DNA of 64,000 nt from Cyanophora paradoxa CCMP329 (Eukaryota > Plantae > Glaucophyta), in contig QPMI01000629.1 of assembly GCA_004431415.1 (NCBI GenBank), forward strand, positions 62,001 through 126,000. The letters run 5' to 3'. Below are positions 61,345-64,000 of this stretch, one piece after another. The notes under the pieces are model-generated. The model was not told where the DNA came from. It ran no database searches and saw only the letters and a program-made list of their open reading frames with translations. The translations under genes were made by a program, and so were the position numbers. Each line of letters begins with the position of its first letter. Position 1 is the first letter of the stretch.

Positions 61345-62002
61345 CTACGCCACCGCAGCGGTGCGACGTTCGTGCAAGAATCAACGCCACGTTCCACGGT
61401 TCGGGCCGCTGAATTAATCGGGCGCCGAGCATCGCGGGCGATCTGACGCCACTCACTGAGTCAGGCTGCCTCGCGTTAAACTCGACGCCATAGAGCAGCA
61501 GCTTCCAAGTCGGCGACGCTCGTGTGTGATCCAACGCTACGGTGCGGGGCGCCAAAAGCGGCGGATCCAACGCCACTGCATTGCGTTAAACTGGACGCTA
61601 CGATTCGGGCGCCGAGCATCGCGGGAGATTCAACGCCACTGCCTCGCATTAAACTCGGCAATGATCGTGTGAAATCCAACGCTACGGACCGCCAACGGTG
61701 CGGGGCGCCAAGAGGGGAGGATTCAACGCCACTGCAATGCGACTGTATTGCGTTAAACTGGACGCCACGGTACGGGCGCCAAGCCCCGCGGGGGATCCAA
61801 TGCCACTGCTTCGCGTTAAACTTGACGCCATATTGCAGCTAGCGTTTCCCAATTGCAAGCTCAACCTCGTGTGATCATGAGATCTAACGCTACGGTGCGT
61901 GGCGTCAAGCCGCGGGGGATAAAACGCCACTGCATTGCGTTTGACTCGACGCCATATTCAATGACTGCAGCTTGGCGACGCTCGTACAAGATCCAACGCT
62001 AC
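61345..62002. repeat. Old diverged short repeats (aacgccactg / gcgttaaactcgacgcca / tccaacgctacg)
   Basis: The motifs recur every ~20-60 bp. Probably a TE subterminal region. Confidence 0.6.
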
Positions 62003-63019
62003 GCGTATACGTACGTATACGCGTGCATGGTAAACGTATGCATAGCATTGCATACCCGCCGGCGCCGGGCCGGTATACCGTACGTTGGCCGGTAGTACCG
62101 GTGCGGCCCGGGCGCCGGGCGCCGCGGGCCACGGTAACTAGAACGTTGACGTCGACGTTCACGTTGTCGCAGTTGCAATGGGGTACAGCTGGTCTCGAGG
62201 AAAAAAAACAACGACTTGCAGCAGCAGCAGCAGCCGGCGAGCCGGGCACGGATCGACTCCCATCATCCTCGCACACCACCACGCATCCCAGCTTGCCCAG
62301 CAGCGTGTACGCGCACTCGCGGAGTAGCCCGGCCGATCGGCCAGTGTGCGATCAACGTCGAGGCGCGCCGCGGTACCGGTTTCTAGCACAGATCAAAGAG
62401 ATGCCGCACGCGAGCCGCGCCACTGAGCGGTCCGTGTCGTCGGGGGATTGTCCGAGCGTGCGCGCTCCGAGGTTCGCCCCGCCCGCTCTCGCCTCGGACA
62501 GCCGGGACAGGTCGCCGGGCACGGGCGCTCTTCTGACGCTCGGCGGAACCTCGGGGATCACGCAGACTATCTACTGAAGCTCCGCGGGGATCCCTTGCGC
62601 CCTCGTTGACGTGTGCGTCGCCGCCGGCCTCCGGACGCGTTGGTTGACCTGACCTCGTCGCGCAGCGCTCTCAGGAGCGTGATCGAGCACCGTGCACCAA
62701 AGTCCGCGCCTCTTGACACGCCTGGGACGCGCCGCCGCGACGGGTTCGCTCCCCGCCCGCTCCCGGCCTCGCGCTCTCGATCCCGATCGGGCGCCTCGCG
62801 CGACGCGTCGGCGGCAGGCCTCGTCGACGCGTCGCGACCCTTGGCCGCGCGCGTACGCGACGGAGCGGCGCCCCGGCGGCCCCGCAGAGCGCGCATACCG
62901 CCTGCAAGAAGTGTCCCCCGCGGCCGCACGGACTCTCTTGCATCGCGCGTACTTTCCCACCTCGCCTCTCGTACGAACCCTGACCGTCTTTGCAGCGGCG
63001 TGGCGCGACAGACGACCCG

Positions 63020-64000
63020 CCTCCCGTACCCCTGGCTACGGCGGCGGCAGCGAGGGGGGTAGAGGTGAGCGCGGGAGACTCCCCCCCCCCCAAGGGACCT
63101 GAGCCGCCCCCCTTCTTCCCGCCCGCAGATCCCGCTCCTTCTGGGGCGGCGGGGCGAGTCTCCACCGGCCCCCGTACCCCTGGCTACGGCGGCGGCGGCG
63201 GTGAGGGGGGTAGAGGTGCGCGCGGGAGACTCGCCGGCCCCCCCCCAAGGGACCTGAGCCGCCCCCCTTCTTCCCGCCCGCAGATCCCGCTCCTTCTGGG
63301 GCGGCGGGGCGAGTCTCCACCGGCCCCCGTACCCCTGGCTACGGCGGCGGCGGCGGCGAGGGGTAGAGGTGCGCGCGGGAGACTCGCCGGCCTCCCCCCA
63401 GGGACCTGAGCCGCGCCCCTTCTTCCCCGCCCGCAGATCCCGAGCCTTCTGGGGCGGCGGGGCGAGTCTCCACCTCCCCCGTACCCCTGGTTACGGCGGC
63501 GGCGGCGAGGGGGGTAGAGGTGAGCGCGGGAGACTCGCCGGCCTCCCCCGAGGGACCCTGACCCGCGCCCCGTCTTCCCGCCCGCAGATCCCGCCCCCTC
63601 TAGGGGCGGCGGGGCGAGTCTCCACCGCCCCCCGTACCCCTGGCCACGGCGGCGGCGGCGAGGGGGTAGAGGTGCGCGCGGGAGACTCGCCGGCCTCCCC
63701 GAGGGACCCTGACCGCGCCCCGTCTTCCCGCCCGCAGATCCCGCCCCCTCTAGGGGCGGCGGGGCGAGTCTCCACCGGCCCCCGTACCCCTGGCTACGGA
63801 GGCGGCGGCGGGGGGGGGGGGGTAGAGGTGAGCGCGGGCGACTCGCCGCCCCTCCCCAGGGGACCCTGACTCGCGTCCTTCTTCCCGCCCGCAGATCCCG
63901 CTCCTTCTGGGGCGACGGGGCGAGTTTCCACCGGGCCCCGTACCCCTGGCTACGGCGGCGGCGGCGAAGGGGGGTAGAGGTGCGCGCGGGAGACTCGCCG
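63020..64000. repeat. Minisatellite, ~150-bp unit, continuing past the right edge
   Basis: cccgtacccctgg at 63023, 63171, 63326, 63478, 63631, 63781 and 63937. Nearly every unit holds both ggagactcgcc and its inverse ggcgagtctcc. Confidence 0.93.

Overview
This is GC-rich eukaryotic DNA with short GT-AG spliceosomal introns. The intron style recalls a protist such as the glaucophyte Cyanophora, but that is only a guess. The window is dominated by repeats. (1) 1-7230: the 5' part of a minus-strand secreted protein gene built from a near-perfect ~600-620 bp tandem array of one 300-309 bp Ig-like exon plus one intron. (2) 7.3-15.2 kb: MITEs, inverted repeats and minisatellites. (3) 15240-19912: a multi-exon type I membrane protein. 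(4) 20.8-26 kb: a triplicated composite repeat with 149-bp periodicity. (5) 26.3-30.4 kb: degraded genes. (6) 30.7-40.4 kb: a higher-order satellite made of one ~30-bp motif in both orientations. (7) 41.7-45.6 kb, the most unusual item: an intron-containing gene hidden by single-base homopolymer frameshifts. It appears to encode one polyprotein: Bro-N-like DNA-binding region + Ulp1/SENP-type (clan CE) cysteine protease with a full His-Asp-Cys triad + tyrosine recombinase. (8) Motif-sharing arrays at 47.6-50.3 kb and 63-64 kb bracket a beta-propeller-like gene, an L1/Tx1 LINE fragment and a divergent Vps4/katanin-like AAA ATPase gene. Items 6-8 may form a large tyrosine-recombinase mobile element or endogenised virus-like element, but no capsid, pPolB or element ends could be identified. 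No rRNA, tRNA or CRISPR array was recognised.
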